64,000 nucleotides of DNA from Sedimentisphaerales bacterium (GTDB lineage Bacteria > Planctomycetota > Phycisphaerae > Sedimentisphaerales > Anaerobacaceae). Positions 49,230-59,453 of the stretch are shown piece by piece. The stretch lies in the NCBI GenBank assembly GCA_040772485.1, contig JAXGYC010000007.1, forward strand, positions 608,001-672,000, in the 5' to 3' direction. Position 1 is the stretch's first letter. Each line of letters begins with the position of its first letter. Under the pieces are notes generated by a model. It ran no database searches. It was not told where the DNA came from and worked only from the letters and a program-made list of their open reading frames with translations. Made by a program: the position numbers and the translations under genes.

Positions 49230-52121
49230 ATGTGCAAGAAGTTGGTGGCATTGACACTGTGCGTTTTCGCAGTGAGCGTGGTGGGAAACCCTGTCGTGCA
49301 TGCCGGCGACCCAACGCTCGTAGGTTGGTGGAAATTCGATGAGGGCACGGGAACAACGGCCCGGGACATCAGCGGCTATGGCAACGACGGCACTTTCGGT
49401 GGTGACCCTCAGTGGGTGGCCGGTCGCTTCGGCAAGGCCCTGGAGTTTGATGGGTCCGACGATTTCCTCGACTGCGGCAATGATCCAAGTCTGGATCTTA
49501 CCATGTGGACGATTGCTTTTTGGCTCAATGCGGCCCAGAACAAGGACTACAACGGTTTTGTCATCAAGGGCCTGGATGCCGCGGAGAACTATGAGGTGCT
49601 GGGATTCGCCGATGGCAGCTTTCATTTTCCCATCACGATGACCGGTGGCGCGCGGACATACGTCAACAGCGTCACGGGCGTGATCGTCGCCGGCGAGTGG
49701 GCCCACTATGCCTATCTCTATGATTCCACGGACGGGCGACGGCTCTACAAGAATGGCGACCTGGTTTTTGACGATAGCGAATCCGGCACTCCTCAAGCAT
49801 CGACCAGCCCGCTCACTATAGGGAACGAGCAGCCTATGAGCCGCTTCGTCGATGGTACCATGGATGATGTGCGTATCTACAGTCGAGTCCTGACGCTTGA
49901 GGAGTTGGCTGACGTCATGCTCGGCAAGGGCCCCAATGCGGAGTTGGCCGACGAGCCCAGTCCGGCCAATGAGGCGACGGACGTGCCGCGAGATACGGTC
50001 CTGGCCTGGGAGCCGGGTGAATTCGCGGCGACGCACGACGTGTATTTCGGCACCGCGTTCGACGACGTCAACGATGCAAGCCGGGCCAACCCGATGGGCG
50101 TGCTGGTCAGTCAGGGCCAGGCGGTGTCCAGTTACGATCCGGCGGGTGTGCTCGACTTCGAGACGACCTATTACTGGCGCGTCGATGAGGTCAATGCGCC
50201 GCCGACCAATACCATCTTCAAGGGCGAGGTCTGGAGCTTCACGACCGAGCCGGTCGGCTATCCCATCGCCGGCATCGTCGCCACCAGCAACGGGACCTCC
50301 GAGGCCGCCGCCGGACCGCAAAACACGGTCAACGGCTCCGGGCTCGATGCCGCCGATCAGCACTCGACCATCAGCAGCGACATGTGGCTGGCCACGCCCG
50401 GTGCCGAGCCGCTGTGGATACAGTTTGAGTTCGAACGTGTTTACAAGCTCCATCAGATGCTCGTCTGGAATTCCAACAGCCAATTCGAGCTGATTCTGGG
50501 CTTCGGCATCAAGGCTGTCACAGTCGAGTACTCCGAGAACGGGACGGACTGGACCGCTCTGGGCGATGTCGAGCTTGCCCGGGCCACGGCCAAGGCGACA
50601 TACGAGGCAAACACCACCGTCGAGTTCGGCGGGATTCCGGCCCGGTACGTGCGTCTGAACGTCAACAGCGGCTATGGCATGATGGGCCAGTTCGGACTCA
50701 GTGAAGTTCGCTTCCTGTACGTTCCGGCGCAGGCCCGCGAGCCGCAGCCGGACGATGGTGCGGTGGAAGTCGAGGTTGGTACGGCTCTGGCCTGGCGCAG
50801 CGGCCGCGAGGCCGTCTCGCACCAGGTGTATCTGGGCACGGACGCAGACGCAGTGAGTTTGGCCGGCACGGTTGATGTGGCCACGTTTGCACCAGCGCTG
50901 GAATTCGGCAGCACGTACTATTGGCAGGTCGACGAAGTCAACGAGGCCGATGCCGTGACTACATGGGCCGGCGACCTCTGGAGTTTTTCGACGCAGGAAT
51001 ACGCTCTGATCGACGGGTTCGAGACTTACAACGACGACGTCGACGCCAAGACGACGATCTTCGACACCTGGCTCGACGGCTGGGTCAATGAAACCGGTTC
51101 GACCGTCGGCTACCTCAACGCACCGTTCGCCGAGAAGACCATCGTCCGCACCGGCACACAGTCGATGCCGCTGGCGTACGACAACAGCGGCTCGCCGTTC
51201 TACTCCGAGGCGTGGCGGGAATTTGAAACAGCCCAGGACTGGTCGGGCAACGGCGCCGATACCCTCGTGCTGTACGTCCGAGGCAATGCGCCGGGTTTCG
51301 TCGAGGCGGCCGACGGCAGCATCATCATGAACGGCATCGGCACGGACATCTGGAACAACGGCGACCAGTTCCGCTATGCGTACAAGAGCCTGAGCGGCAA
51401 CGGCTCGATCACGGTACGCGTCGACAGCATCGCTCTCAGCAACGAGTGGGCCAAGGCGGGCGTGATGATCCGCGAAACGCTGGAGGCCGGCTCGAAGCAC
51501 GCGTTCGTGGCGCTGACGCCGACGCCGTCGCATGGCCTTTCATTCCAGCGTCGTCCGACGGCCGACGCGGCCAGCGGCAACACGGACGTCGCCGACATCG
51601 CGCTGCCGCACTGGGTGAAGCTGACGCGAACGGGCAATGTCTTTGCCGCCCAGCAGTCGGAAGACGGTGAGACCTGGACCGACATCGTGGTCAGCCCGGC
51701 GCTGGATATCGCGATGGCCGCTAATGTTTATATCGGTCTGGCGGTGTGCAGCCACGACCCGGCGATCGTGACGGGCGCCGAGTTCTCGAACATCTCGACG
51801 ACCGGCAACGTGACGGGCGCCTGGCAGACAGCCGAGATCGGCGTCGCGCAGCCGGCGGGCAACTCGGCGGAATCGATGTACGTGACGATCGAGGACAGCG
51901 CCGGCAAGACCCAGACGGTTGTGAACGCCGATGCGGCCATCACCGTGCGTCCCTCGTGGCAGGAATGGAGAGTGCCGTACAGCGATCTGTCCGGCGTGAA
52001 TCTCGCCCGCGTCGAGAAGATGATCATCGGCGTTGGCAGCCGCACCGCTCCAATCGCCGGCGGAACCGGCACGGTCTACATCGACGACATCGGCTATGGC
52101 CAGCCCGCCCACATCGAGTAA
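49230..52121 (+). CDS. Secreted LamG + discoidin-like multidomain protein, paralog of 45299..48187
   Basis: AAGGAGG RBS; LVGWWKFDEG; shared central core; different C-terminal beta-sandwich (WAKAGVMIRETL, VYIGLAVCSH). Confidence 0.85.
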   Translation: MCKKLVALTLCVFAVSVVGNPVVHAGDPTLVGWWKFDEGTGTTARDISGYGNDGTFGGDPQWVAGRFGKALEFDGSDDFLDCGNDPSLDLTMWTIAFWLNAAQNKDYNGFVIKGLDAAENYEVLGFADGSFHFPITMTGGARTYVNSVTGVIVAGEWAHYAYLYDSTDGRRLYKNGDLVFDDSESGTPQASTSPLTIGNEQPMSRFVDGTMDDVRIYSRVLTLEELADVMLGKGPNAELADEPSPANEATDVPRDTVLAWEPGEFAATHDVYFGTAFDDVNDASRANPMGVLVSQGQAVSSYDPAGVLDFETTYYWRVDEVNAPPTNTIFKGEVWSFTTEPVGYPIAGIVATSNGTSEAAAGPQNTVNGSGLDAADQHSTISSDMWLATPGAEPLWIQFEFERVYKLHQMLVWNSNSQFELILGFGIKAVTVEYSENGTDWTALGDVELARATAKATYEANTTVEFGGIPARYVRLNVNSGYGMMGQFGLSEVRFLYVPAQAREPQPDDGAVEVEVGTALAWRSGREAVSHQVYLGTDADAVSLAGTVDVATFAPALEFGSTYYWQVDEVNEADAVTTWAGDLWSFSTQEYALIDGFETYNDDVDAKTTIFDTWLDGWVNETGSTVGYLNAPFAEKTIVRTGTQSMPLAYDNSGSPFYSEAWREFETAQDWSGNGADTLVLYVRGNAPGFVEAADGSIIMNGIGTDIWNNGDQFRYAYKSLSGNGSITVRVDSIALSNEWAKAGVMIRETLEAGSKHAFVALTPTPSHGLSFQRRPTADAASGNTDVADIALPHWVKLTRTGNVFAAQQSEDGETWTDIVVSPALDIAMAANVYIGLAVCSHDPAIVTGAEFSNISTTGNVTGAWQTAEIGVAQPAGNSAESMYVTIEDSAGKTQTVVNADAAITVRPSWQEWRVPYSDLSGVNLARVEKMIIGVGSRTAPIAGGTGTVYIDDIGYGQPAHIE

Positions 52122-52171
52122 CGCGCCGCATTGCCAACCGGAGCGTTCGGCCTGCGAACGCCGCAACTATC

Positions 52172-52202
52172 AAGGGGCTGCAAGCACCACTTGCGGCCCC
52201 TT
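52172..52202 (+). terminator. Probable intrinsic terminator hairpin
   Basis: AAGGGGCTGCAAG-cacca-CTTGCGGCCCCTT about 50 nt after the stop; T-tract is short. Confidence 0.55.
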
Positions 52203-52333
52203 CTACTATGCGCCCACATCTCCCTTCGACCACGCGAGAGGCGGATTGATGTGGCGGCCGGATCGTGATAGGATTCGGGGGCGGCCCGATTGAGGCTGCG
52301 GCAAACACAGGGCTCAGACAACGGGAGGTGACC

Positions 52334-54316
52334 ATGCGTTCGAGCATGAAACAGCGGTGGATTCTGGCGGGTTCCCTGATTTGCCTCGGCGCAGCGATCG
52401 CCTCGGGGGCAACGGTGCCGCTGGGCGAACTGGACCTGACGAAGATGTCCACCGGTTGGGGCAAGCCCCAGGTCAACAAGAGCATCACCGCCCGGACGCT
52501 GTCGATCGGCGGGCACACATTCGAGACGGGCGTGGCGACGCACGCCGAATCGATCTGCTACATCGCCCTGGACGGCAAGACCGAGCGGTTCACCGCCTGG
52601 GTGGGCGTCGACGACGCCACCGGACTTCGCGGCTCGGTGCGGTTTAAGGTCTTCGGCGACGGCAAGGTGCTGTTTGACAGCAGCCTGATGACCGGCAACG
52701 ACGAGGCCAAACGCGTCGACGTCTCGCTGGCAGGCGTGACGCAGATGATCCTGCTGGTCAGCTCCGGCGGCGACGGCGTCGACTACGACCACGCCGACTG
52801 GGCGGGCGCCGAGTTCATCGTGGGCGGCGACAAGCCCCAGACGCTCGATGCGCCGAAACCCCCTGCCGAGGAGAAGGTGCTGCTGACGCCCAAGCCGGGC
52901 CCGGCGCCGCAGATCAACGGACCGAAGGTCTATGGCTGCCGGCCGGAACATCCGTTCCTCTATCGCATCCCCTGCACGGGCGCGCGGCCGATCGCGTTCA
53001 CCGCCGCCGGACTACCCGAGACGCTGCGGCTCGACGCCAGCACGGGAATCATCACGGGCGCTGTCCCTGCCGAGCGCCGTGAATACGTCGTGACATTCGA
53101 AGCGAAGAACAGCCACGGCAGCGACCGACGCACCTTCGCGATCGTCGTCGGCGACACGCTGGCGTTGACTCCTCCGATGGGCTGGAACAGTTGGTACATC
53201 CACTACTATCACGTCGCCGAGGAGCACATGCGAAACGCGGCCGACGTCATGGTCCGCTCGGGCATGGCCGACTACGGATACAGCTACGTCAACATCGACG
53301 ACTGCTGGATGAAGAAGCGCGGCGATGAGCCCTACCGTGACGCCGACGGCGCGATCCTGCCCAACGCCAAGTTCCCCGACATCCAGGGCATGGTCGAGCA
53401 CATCCACAGCAAGGGCCTCAAGGCGGGCCTCTACACCGGGCCGGGGCCGTGGACCTGCGCCGGGTATGTCGCCAGCTACGAGCACGAGCGGGTGGACGCC
53501 GAGAAGTTCGCCGAGTGGGGGTTCGACTTCCTCAAGCACGACTGGTGCTCGTACAGCGCGGTCGCCGGCGGGACGGATATGGAGCACCTGAAGCGGCCGT
53601 ATCAGTTGATGGGCGACATCCTCAAGAGCGTGGACCGGGACATCATCCTGAACCTGTGCCAGTACGGCATGGGCAACGTCTGGACCTGGGGCGGCGAGGT
53701 CGGCGGGCACTGCTGGCGCACCACGGGCGACCTGGGTCTCGAACAAGGCGGGCTGCTGCCCGGCTTCTATCAGATCGGCCTGAGCAACGCCCGGCACTAT
53801 GAGTACGCCCGGCCGGGACAGTGGAACGACCCGGACTACATCCTCATCGGGCACATCGGCAACGCCCACCAGCACGATGAACCGCCCAAGCTCACGACGC
53901 TGACGCCGAGCGAGCAGTACAGCTACATGTCGATGTGGTGCCTGATGGCCGCCCCGCTGTTCTACTCAGGCGACATGCGTTATCTCGACGAATTCACCCT
54001 GAATGTGCTATGCAATGCCGAGGTGATCGACGTCGATCAGGACCCGCTGGGCATCCAGGCCAGGCCGCTGGTGCAGGACGACGAGACGCTGATCCTGGCC
54101 AAGGCGATGGCCGACGGCTCGCTGGCGGTGGGCCTGTTCAACCTGGCCGAGCTGCCGCGCGAGATGTCGGTGGACTGGTCGCTGCTGGGCCTGTCGGGCA
54201 AACGGCTCGTGCGGGATCTCTGGCGGCAGAAGGATCTGGGCACGTACGACGGCCGGTTTACCGCCAACGTATCGCGCCACGGCGTGGCCCTGGTCCGCCT
54301 GATTCCCCAGCCATAG
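52334..54316 (+). CDS. GH27 alpha-galactosidase with N-terminal NPCBM/NEW2 and Ig-like domains
   Basis: GGAGGT RBS; DHADW NPCBM motif; LALTPPMGWNSW, YVNIDDCW, WGFDFLKHDWC, WRTTGD, WNDPD. Confidence 0.92.
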   Translation: MRSSMKQRWILAGSLICLGAAIASGATVPLGELDLTKMSTGWGKPQVNKSITARTLSIGGHTFETGVATHAESICYIALDGKTERFTAWVGVDDATGLRGSVRFKVFGDGKVLFDSSLMTGNDEAKRVDVSLAGVTQMILLVSSGGDGVDYDHADWAGAEFIVGGDKPQTLDAPKPPAEEKVLLTPKPGPAPQINGPKVYGCRPEHPFLYRIPCTGARPIAFTAAGLPETLRLDASTGIITGAVPAERREYVVTFEAKNSHGSDRRTFAIVVGDTLALTPPMGWNSWYIHYYHVAEEHMRNAADVMVRSGMADYGYSYVNIDDCWMKKRGDEPYRDADGAILPNAKFPDIQGMVEHIHSKGLKAGLYTGPGPWTCAGYVASYEHERVDAEKFAEWGFDFLKHDWCSYSAVAGGTDMEHLKRPYQLMGDILKSVDRDIILNLCQYGMGNVWTWGGEVGGHCWRTTGDLGLEQGGLLPGFYQIGLSNARHYEYARPGQWNDPDYILIGHIGNAHQHDEPPKLTTLTPSEQYSYMSMWCLMAAPLFYSGDMRYLDEFTLNVLCNAEVIDVDQDPLGIQARPLVQDDETLILAKAMADGSLAVGLFNLAELPREMSVDWSLLGLSGKRLVRDLWRQKDLGTYDGRFTANVSRHGVALVRLIPQP

Positions 54317-54357
54317 TGCGTACCGGCATCCGTGCGAGTGAAAGCATCCTGGCCCAT

Positions 54358-54476
54358 GTGTGGCAGCCTCAAGCCCGAAGGGCTTGGGGATGGTGGACCT
54401 GTCCACCACACGCATCCCAGGGGCTCATCGATGTGGATAACCATCCCCAACTCCTGCGGAGTTGAGGCTGCCACAC
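54358..54476. repeat. 119-bp REPIN-like doublet
   Basis: GTGTGGCAGCCTCAA/TTGAGGCTGCCACAC (15-bp IR) enclosing TTGGGGATGGT/ACCATCCCCAA (11-bp IR). Confidence 0.8.
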
Positions 54477-54649
54477 GAGACGGCGATATTTCTTGCAGCA
54501 GGCCCCGTTCTGCCGATAGAATGGTGGATGCCGCGATGCAACGCGATCAGGCACCCTGACTGGCATACCATACCGGGTGCGCCCGGAGACGAGTGTGAAG
54601 AGACGATAGGTCTGGGTAAGCACTTCCCGAGAACGTGGAGGACCATGTC

Positions 54650-55504
54650 ATGCGGAAGTCGAAGGCGTTCACACTGATCGAACTGCTGGTCGTCATCGCC
54701 GTGATCGCCGTGCTGATGGGGATCCTGATGCCGGCGCTGAGCAAGGCCCGCGAGCTGGCCCAGGGCGCCGCCTGCAAGGGCAACCTGAAGAACTACACCA
54801 TCGGCATGGCGATGTATCTCGACGACAACGACCGCAAGTTCTGCATGCCCGAGATGTGCTACTTCTCCAAGCTCACCGCCTTCCCGGGCGAGTCGTATCT
54901 GTCGGACCATCTGCATATGCGCTGGTGCAACGGCGACGTCGAGCTGAAGAGTCACCCCGAGTGCGGCGGAATGATGGCCCGGTACATCGCCGATGCCCGC
55001 GCGTGCATCTGTCCGACCTTCAAGAACCTGGCGGTGCGTCACAGCGACGACCAGTTCTTCCTGGCCTACGGCAACAACATCAAGAACTACGAGCCCTGGT
55101 ACAACTACACGATGAACGCCTACCTGGGCAGCGCCAACGCCGACGTCAAAGAGAGTCGCGTCCTCAAGGACACGGACGTCAAGCACCCGGCGACGACGTT
55201 CTCCTTCACGGAGGAGAGCGCTCGCGTGGATACGGCGTACAACGCCTCGGGGCTCAACGACACGTTCATGATCCCGGGCAGCGATTCGATGATCAAGGGC
55301 TGGCTCAGTCAGGTCGGAGGCAATGTGCGGGAGGTCATCCCGGGACCCGAGGGGGTTGGGCAGTTCTACGACGTGATCGCCGGCTTCCACCACGCCCCTT
55401 CGGGCGACAAGCTGGGCGGACGTGGCAACTGCGCGTTCCTCGATGGGCACGTCGAGGCCTTCTCCCGCGCTGAGACGTTTTACTACGCCTATCCGAAGAA
55501 ATGA
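54650..55504 (+). CDS. Prepilin-type (DUF1559-like) protein with short leader
   Basis: [31 protein letters not shown]. Confidence 0.9.
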   Translation: MRKSKAFTLIELLVVIAVIAVLMGILMPALSKARELAQGAACKGNLKNYTIGMAMYLDDNDRKFCMPEMCYFSKLTAFPGESYLSDHLHMRWCNGDVELKSHPECGGMMARYIADARACICPTFKNLAVRHSDDQFFLAYGNNIKNYEPWYNYTMNAYLGSANADVKESRVLKDTDVKHPATTFSFTEESARVDTAYNASGLNDTFMIPGSDSMIKGWLSQVGGNVREVIPGPEGVGQFYDVIAGFHHAPSGDKLGGRGNCAFLDGHVEAFSRAETFYYAYPKK

Positions 55505-55519
55505 CGACGCTGGCGCGTC

Positions 55520-55671
55520 AAATCCGAAATCCGAAACACGAAACCCGAAACAAATTCGAAGGCACCAAGCCTCAAATCCAAAACAGGCTTTGGCGCAGTG
55601 TCAGCGTTCTGTTCATTGGAGTGTGCGGATTTCGGGCTTGTTTCGGGTTTCGTATTTCGTGTTTCGAATTT
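55520..55671. repeat. About 150-bp heptamer-armed inverted-repeat element between convergent genes
   Basis: AAATCCGAAATCCGAAACACGAAACCCGAAACAA ... TTGTTTCGGGTTTCGTATTTCGTGTTTCGAATTT. Confidence 0.8.
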
Positions 55672-55675
55672 CCGT

Positions 55676-58600
55676 TCAGTCATCGTAGCCGGGCGAGCCG
55701 CCGGGTTCGGCGCTGGCGCGCCAGGCCCCCTTCTTGTCGAGCGTGGCCGAATCGGCCGCGGCAGGATCGACCACGGTCAGCGAGTACCCCTCGCCATCGG
55801 TGAGGTCGTACCACCCGTCCTTGTAGCGGAACGCGAGAATCGTCTGCCCCGCCGCATCCTGCAACTCGATGCGCTCGCCCGCGTTGTTCAGACTGCCTTC
55901 GTACTGGCCGACGACGGGCGACTGGTCCCCGTAGCGCGCCTCGAACGCTGCGATGTCCTTGACGACCAGGGCATACACGCCCGGGCCGAGAGTGACGTCG
56001 CCGAAGGTGAAGTCGATCCCGTTCGTGAAGCGCACAAGATTGAGATTGATCGGCTGAGAGCCGATGTTGAGCAGCTCGATGTATTCGGCGTTCGGATCGA
56101 TAGGATGATACATGATCTCGCTGATCCGCAGGCTCTCGGCCACCGGACCGACGGCGTAGACTGCCTCGTTCAGTGCGCTCCAGGTGTTGCCGCTCTGGGC
56201 TCTGGCGCGGACCATCGCGCTAGCGTCCAGCCGGATCGGGCCGGCGTAGCGGACCGCCGTCGCCGCGACGCCGCTCGCGATGTTTGCCCCTCCCTGGGAC
56301 GCGGCCAGCTCGACCGAGATCAGAAAGTCGGAGCTGTTGGCGCCTGCGTTGAGCCCCTGGATCGCCAGGAGGTTGCGGCCCAGGTGGAGCCGGCTGATAT
56401 GGCTGGAGAGATCGAACCTCTCGAATTCGATCGCGTCGAGGTCGGAATGGTTGTCGGTGGCGCCGGAGTTCCAGGCGGGCATCCCTTCGAACATGACGCG
56501 CTGGACTTCGACGCCGTTGAGATAGGCGATGAAGCCGTCGTCGTACCGCGCCTTGAGCGTCAGGCCGCCGGCGTATTGCAGCCCCTCAGGAGTGACGTCG
56601 AACGGAATGCGGATGTAGCAGCTCTCGTTGCGGTTGTACATCTGGGTCTGGACGTCGATGTCGAAGAACGCCTCGTAGCCGGTGCTGCGTTCGAAGCCGA
56701 CGCCGCCGGAACCGGCGATCCAACCCGAATCGTCGAAGTCCACCTCGCTGCGCCAGGCGCTGCCGATGTCCGCGGTGGGGACGAACGCTCGCTTGGCCGC
56801 CGCTTCCGGCACCAGAATCAGCTCCGCGCCCGTGCTGCCGCCGACGCCGGGCCGGCGAGGATCGCTGCCGTCGAGCGTGTACCAGACCGTCGGGGCGGCG
56901 GAGGTCATCGTGAGCTGTGAGCTCTCGGCAATGTGGTCACCATGTTGGTAGACGCCGTCGATGTGAAAGACCGGCGCCTCGACGCTCGGGTAGAGCCCCA
57001 GCGATCTGAACTGCGACAGCGCCACGTCGTTGCGGCGCGGGAAGTAGTTGTCGAGCAGGTTCTGACGCTCGTTGATCCAGAAATCGTTGCGGGTGTACAG
57101 GTAATACGGTCCCGAGCTGTAGGAGTGCATGTCGCGGCGATAGTCGCCCCAGCGGGCGGACTCGGCGATGACCGCCGCGTCGATCTCGTCGGCGCGCCGA
57201 GTCCATCGCGCGACGTTGCGCTCGGTCGCCAGGGCGCCGCCGTTGAACAGGTGCTTGTGCACGTGGTCGCCGAAGCGGACGCGGAACTCCTCGATTTGCA
57301 GGAGCGAGCGATACATGCCGGTCGGGTCCGACGAAGGACTGGTGCCGGTCTGGTTGCGATTGACCAGGACCTGTTCGCCGTCCCAGCTATAGAAGCGCCA
57401 GGGTCTGGCGTCGGGGCCGCCTCCGGCGGCGCGCCAGTTGCCATCGTTCTTGAGATCGACGTTGCCCGCGAACAGGTTCAGGAGCGTGAAGTCGATGAAG
57501 TTGTCGATATCGATCACTTCGCAGATGCGGGCCCAATCCCCGCCGGCGGCGATGCTCCTGGCCTGCTGCCAGGCCTGGGCGGTGCCGTCGGTCGCCCGGC
57601 CCCCATTGATCGAATCGATTCGATCGGGGTCGCCTCCGTTGTAGGCGGCGTAGTGCGAGTTAACCGGCCGCTCCTGGACCAGATAGAGGCCCCAGTAGAT
57701 CCCGTTGAGGTAGAGGTGGACATAGAACCCTCGACCGGCGTCGGCCTGGCCCATCTCCAGCAGCGAGTCGCGCATCCACTGGTCGCGAATGTACTGCGTG
57801 CGCTGGCGCTGACCGGGGTCCCAGTGCGTCCAGGCATTGTTAAAGAAGCCGCGCAACTGGAGCGAATCGAAGGTCTCCACCGGGCTGCCGTCAAACAACG
57901 GGAACTGGAGCTTCGACGAGCCGTAATCGCCGCGAAAGCGGAGGCTGAAGCTGTGCTTGGGACACTTGGGCGGGTTGCGGCTCTCGCCGCCCTGAATGCG
58001 CAGGCCGCAATCGATCTGGAACTCCTTGGCGCCGTCAATGCTGAACAGCTCCGCGGACACGGGCCGTTCCCAGTCTTGGCCGCCGGTGCTGCCGTGGCCG
58101 GTGTAGATGTAGATGCCGCCGGTCTCGGCATCCTTGGTCTTGCTGAAGAGATGGTCCTTGTCGGTCGCCAGAGACAACGTCGGGACCGCCAGCAGCGCAT
58201 CGTCCATGACGTCGGCATATGCGGGGCTGTCGTAGATCTCCGGGTCCATCTCGTAGTCGGCCGGGTAGGAGCCGAACCACGTGCTCGGATAGCCTCGCGC
58301 TAGCACCTCGGACTGCGAGCGCCTCGCCGCGTCAGCCGGGAAGATGTACGTGTGTGTGTCGGCGTTGCTGGGCAGCCACTGCAGCTTGACCGCCTGGGCC
58401 CGCAGGCAGGTGGTCCCGGTGATCCGGATCGGACCGGCGTAGACGCTGCCGGCGGGAACCTGCCGGCTCACCGAATACGGGGCGCTGCCGTCGAGGGTGT
58501 AGTAGATGGTCGCGCCGGGCGTCTCGCACGTGATCGTTACGTCAAATGGCGTATCGTAAAAGCCGCGATCATGGCTGAACTTCGTGTCGGCCACGAGGCC

Positions 58601-59155
58601 TTCGTACAGACCGCTGTTGCGCGAGCCGGGCGTCGGCGCCAACAGGAAGCCGTACGCGCCCGTGCCGTCGGGCGAGCGGCCGTAGGAAATGTCGGTCCTC
58701 TGTCTTTCAAACGTGACGCTGTCGATCAGCGTGGTCCCGTCGGGAGCGAACAGCGCGAGGCTGTCGCCGTCGGAATCGAGCGCAAACGATGCATGCAGTC
58801 CGCTGTCGGCCGTGTGGCCGTCGAGCCAGACGACGAGGTATCCCCCGGCCGGAACGCTTGCCGGCTGCGAGACGCCGGCCGGAAACTGCCACTTCGTCGG
58901 TTCGCCAAGGTCGTCCGTGAGGTACATCCGCCCCAGATCGATGGGCGCATCGCTGTAGTTGTGGATCTCGACCCAGTCGTCGTACTGCCCCTGAGGGTCG
59001 GCCTTGGTGCTGCTGTTGGCCGCCATCAGCTCGTTGATCGCCAGCGGCAGACCCGCTCCCCGGGCCGTAGGGTTCGTCGAGGCGAGACAGACGCCCAGAA
59101 AGAAAGAGACCAGCACAAAACGGACAAGCCGGCGGGGTTCACGCGTCATACTCAT
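55676..59155 (-). CDS. Secreted lamin-tail + FN3-associated + CotH kinase-like protein
   Basis: INELMAAN...DWVEIHN; FSHDRGFY, IYYTLDGSAP; HLYLNGIYWGLY..QER; AESARWGD; C-terminal ISEIMYHP LTD. Confidence 0.88.
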   Translation of the reverse strand: MSMTREPRRLVRFVLVSFFLGVCLASTNPTARGAGLPLAINELMAANSSTKADPQGQYDDWVEIHNYSDAPIDLGRMYLTDDLGEPTKWQFPAGVSQPASVPAGGYLVVWLDGHTADSGLHASFALDSDGDSLALFAPDGTTLIDSVTFERQRTDISYGRSPDGTGAYGFLLAPTPGSRNSGLYEGLVADTKFSHDRGFYDTPFDVTITCETPGATIYYTLDGSAPYSVSRQVPAGSVYAGPIRITGTTCLRAQAVKLQWLPSNADTHTYIFPADAARRSQSEVLARGYPSTWFGSYPADYEMDPEIYDSPAYADVMDDALLAVPTLSLATDKDHLFSKTKDAETGGIYIYTGHGSTGGQDWERPVSAELFSIDGAKEFQIDCGLRIQGGESRNPPKCPKHSFSLRFRGDYGSSKLQFPLFDGSPVETFDSLQLRGFFNNAWTHWDPGQRQRTQYIRDQWMRDSLLEMGQADAGRGFYVHLYLNGIYWGLYLVQERPVNSHYAAYNGGDPDRIDSINGGRATDGTAQAWQQARSIAAGGDWARICEVIDIDNFIDFTLLNLFAGNVDLKNDGNWRAAGGGPDARPWRFYSWDGEQVLVNRNQTGTSPSSDPTGMYRSLLQIEEFRVRFGDHVHKHLFNGGALATERNVARWTRRADEIDAAVIAESARWGDYRRDMHSYSSGPYYLYTRNDFWINERQNLLDNYFPRRNDVALSQFRSLGLYPSVEAPVFHIDGVYQHGDHIAESSQLTMTSAAPTVWYTLDGSDPRRPGVGGSTGAELILVPEAAAKRAFVPTADIGSAWRSEVDFDDSGWIAGSGGVGFERSTGYEAFFDIDVQTQMYNRNESCYIRIPFDVTPEGLQYAGGLTLKARYDDGFIAYLNGVEVQRVMFEGMPAWNSGATDNHSDLDAIEFERFDLSSHISRLHLGRNLLAIQGLNAGANSSDFLISVELAASQGGANIASGVAATAVRYAGPIRLDASAMVRARAQSGNTWSALNEAVYAVGPVAESLRISEIMYHPIDPNAEYIELLNIGSQPINLNLVRFTNGIDFTFGDVTLGPGVYALVVKDIAAFEARYGDQSPVVGQYEGSLNNAGERIELQDAAGQTILAFRYKDGWYDLTDGEGYSLTVVDPAAADSATLDKKGAWRASAEPGGSPGYDD

Positions 59156-59453
59156 TCCTCACTCCCGACAATCCAAGCGATGACAGGCGTACAAGTACGC
59201 TGGTGTTGCAGGATCCGGGACCCTTGTCGATCCCGATGGACCTCGCGACTCCGCCCGCCGTGAAGGCACATTCGCCCATGCGCATCTGATCGTATTTTAC
59301 CATTCGCCGCACAAAAATCAACGCTATTTGCCCTTCCCGGCCGCTCCGGGATACTGCCGACGCCTTGCCAGGGACGGCCCGAACTGTTACGATCCGCCAT
59401 GCCATCGTGGCCTTGACGCCAAGGCCGTCGATAGAGTCCGGGAGAACGTCGTC

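Noticed and set aside
54317..54649. Riboswitch upstream of the 54650 prepilin gene
   Set aside because: The structure is explained by a REP-like doublet; no known aptamer consensus recognised.
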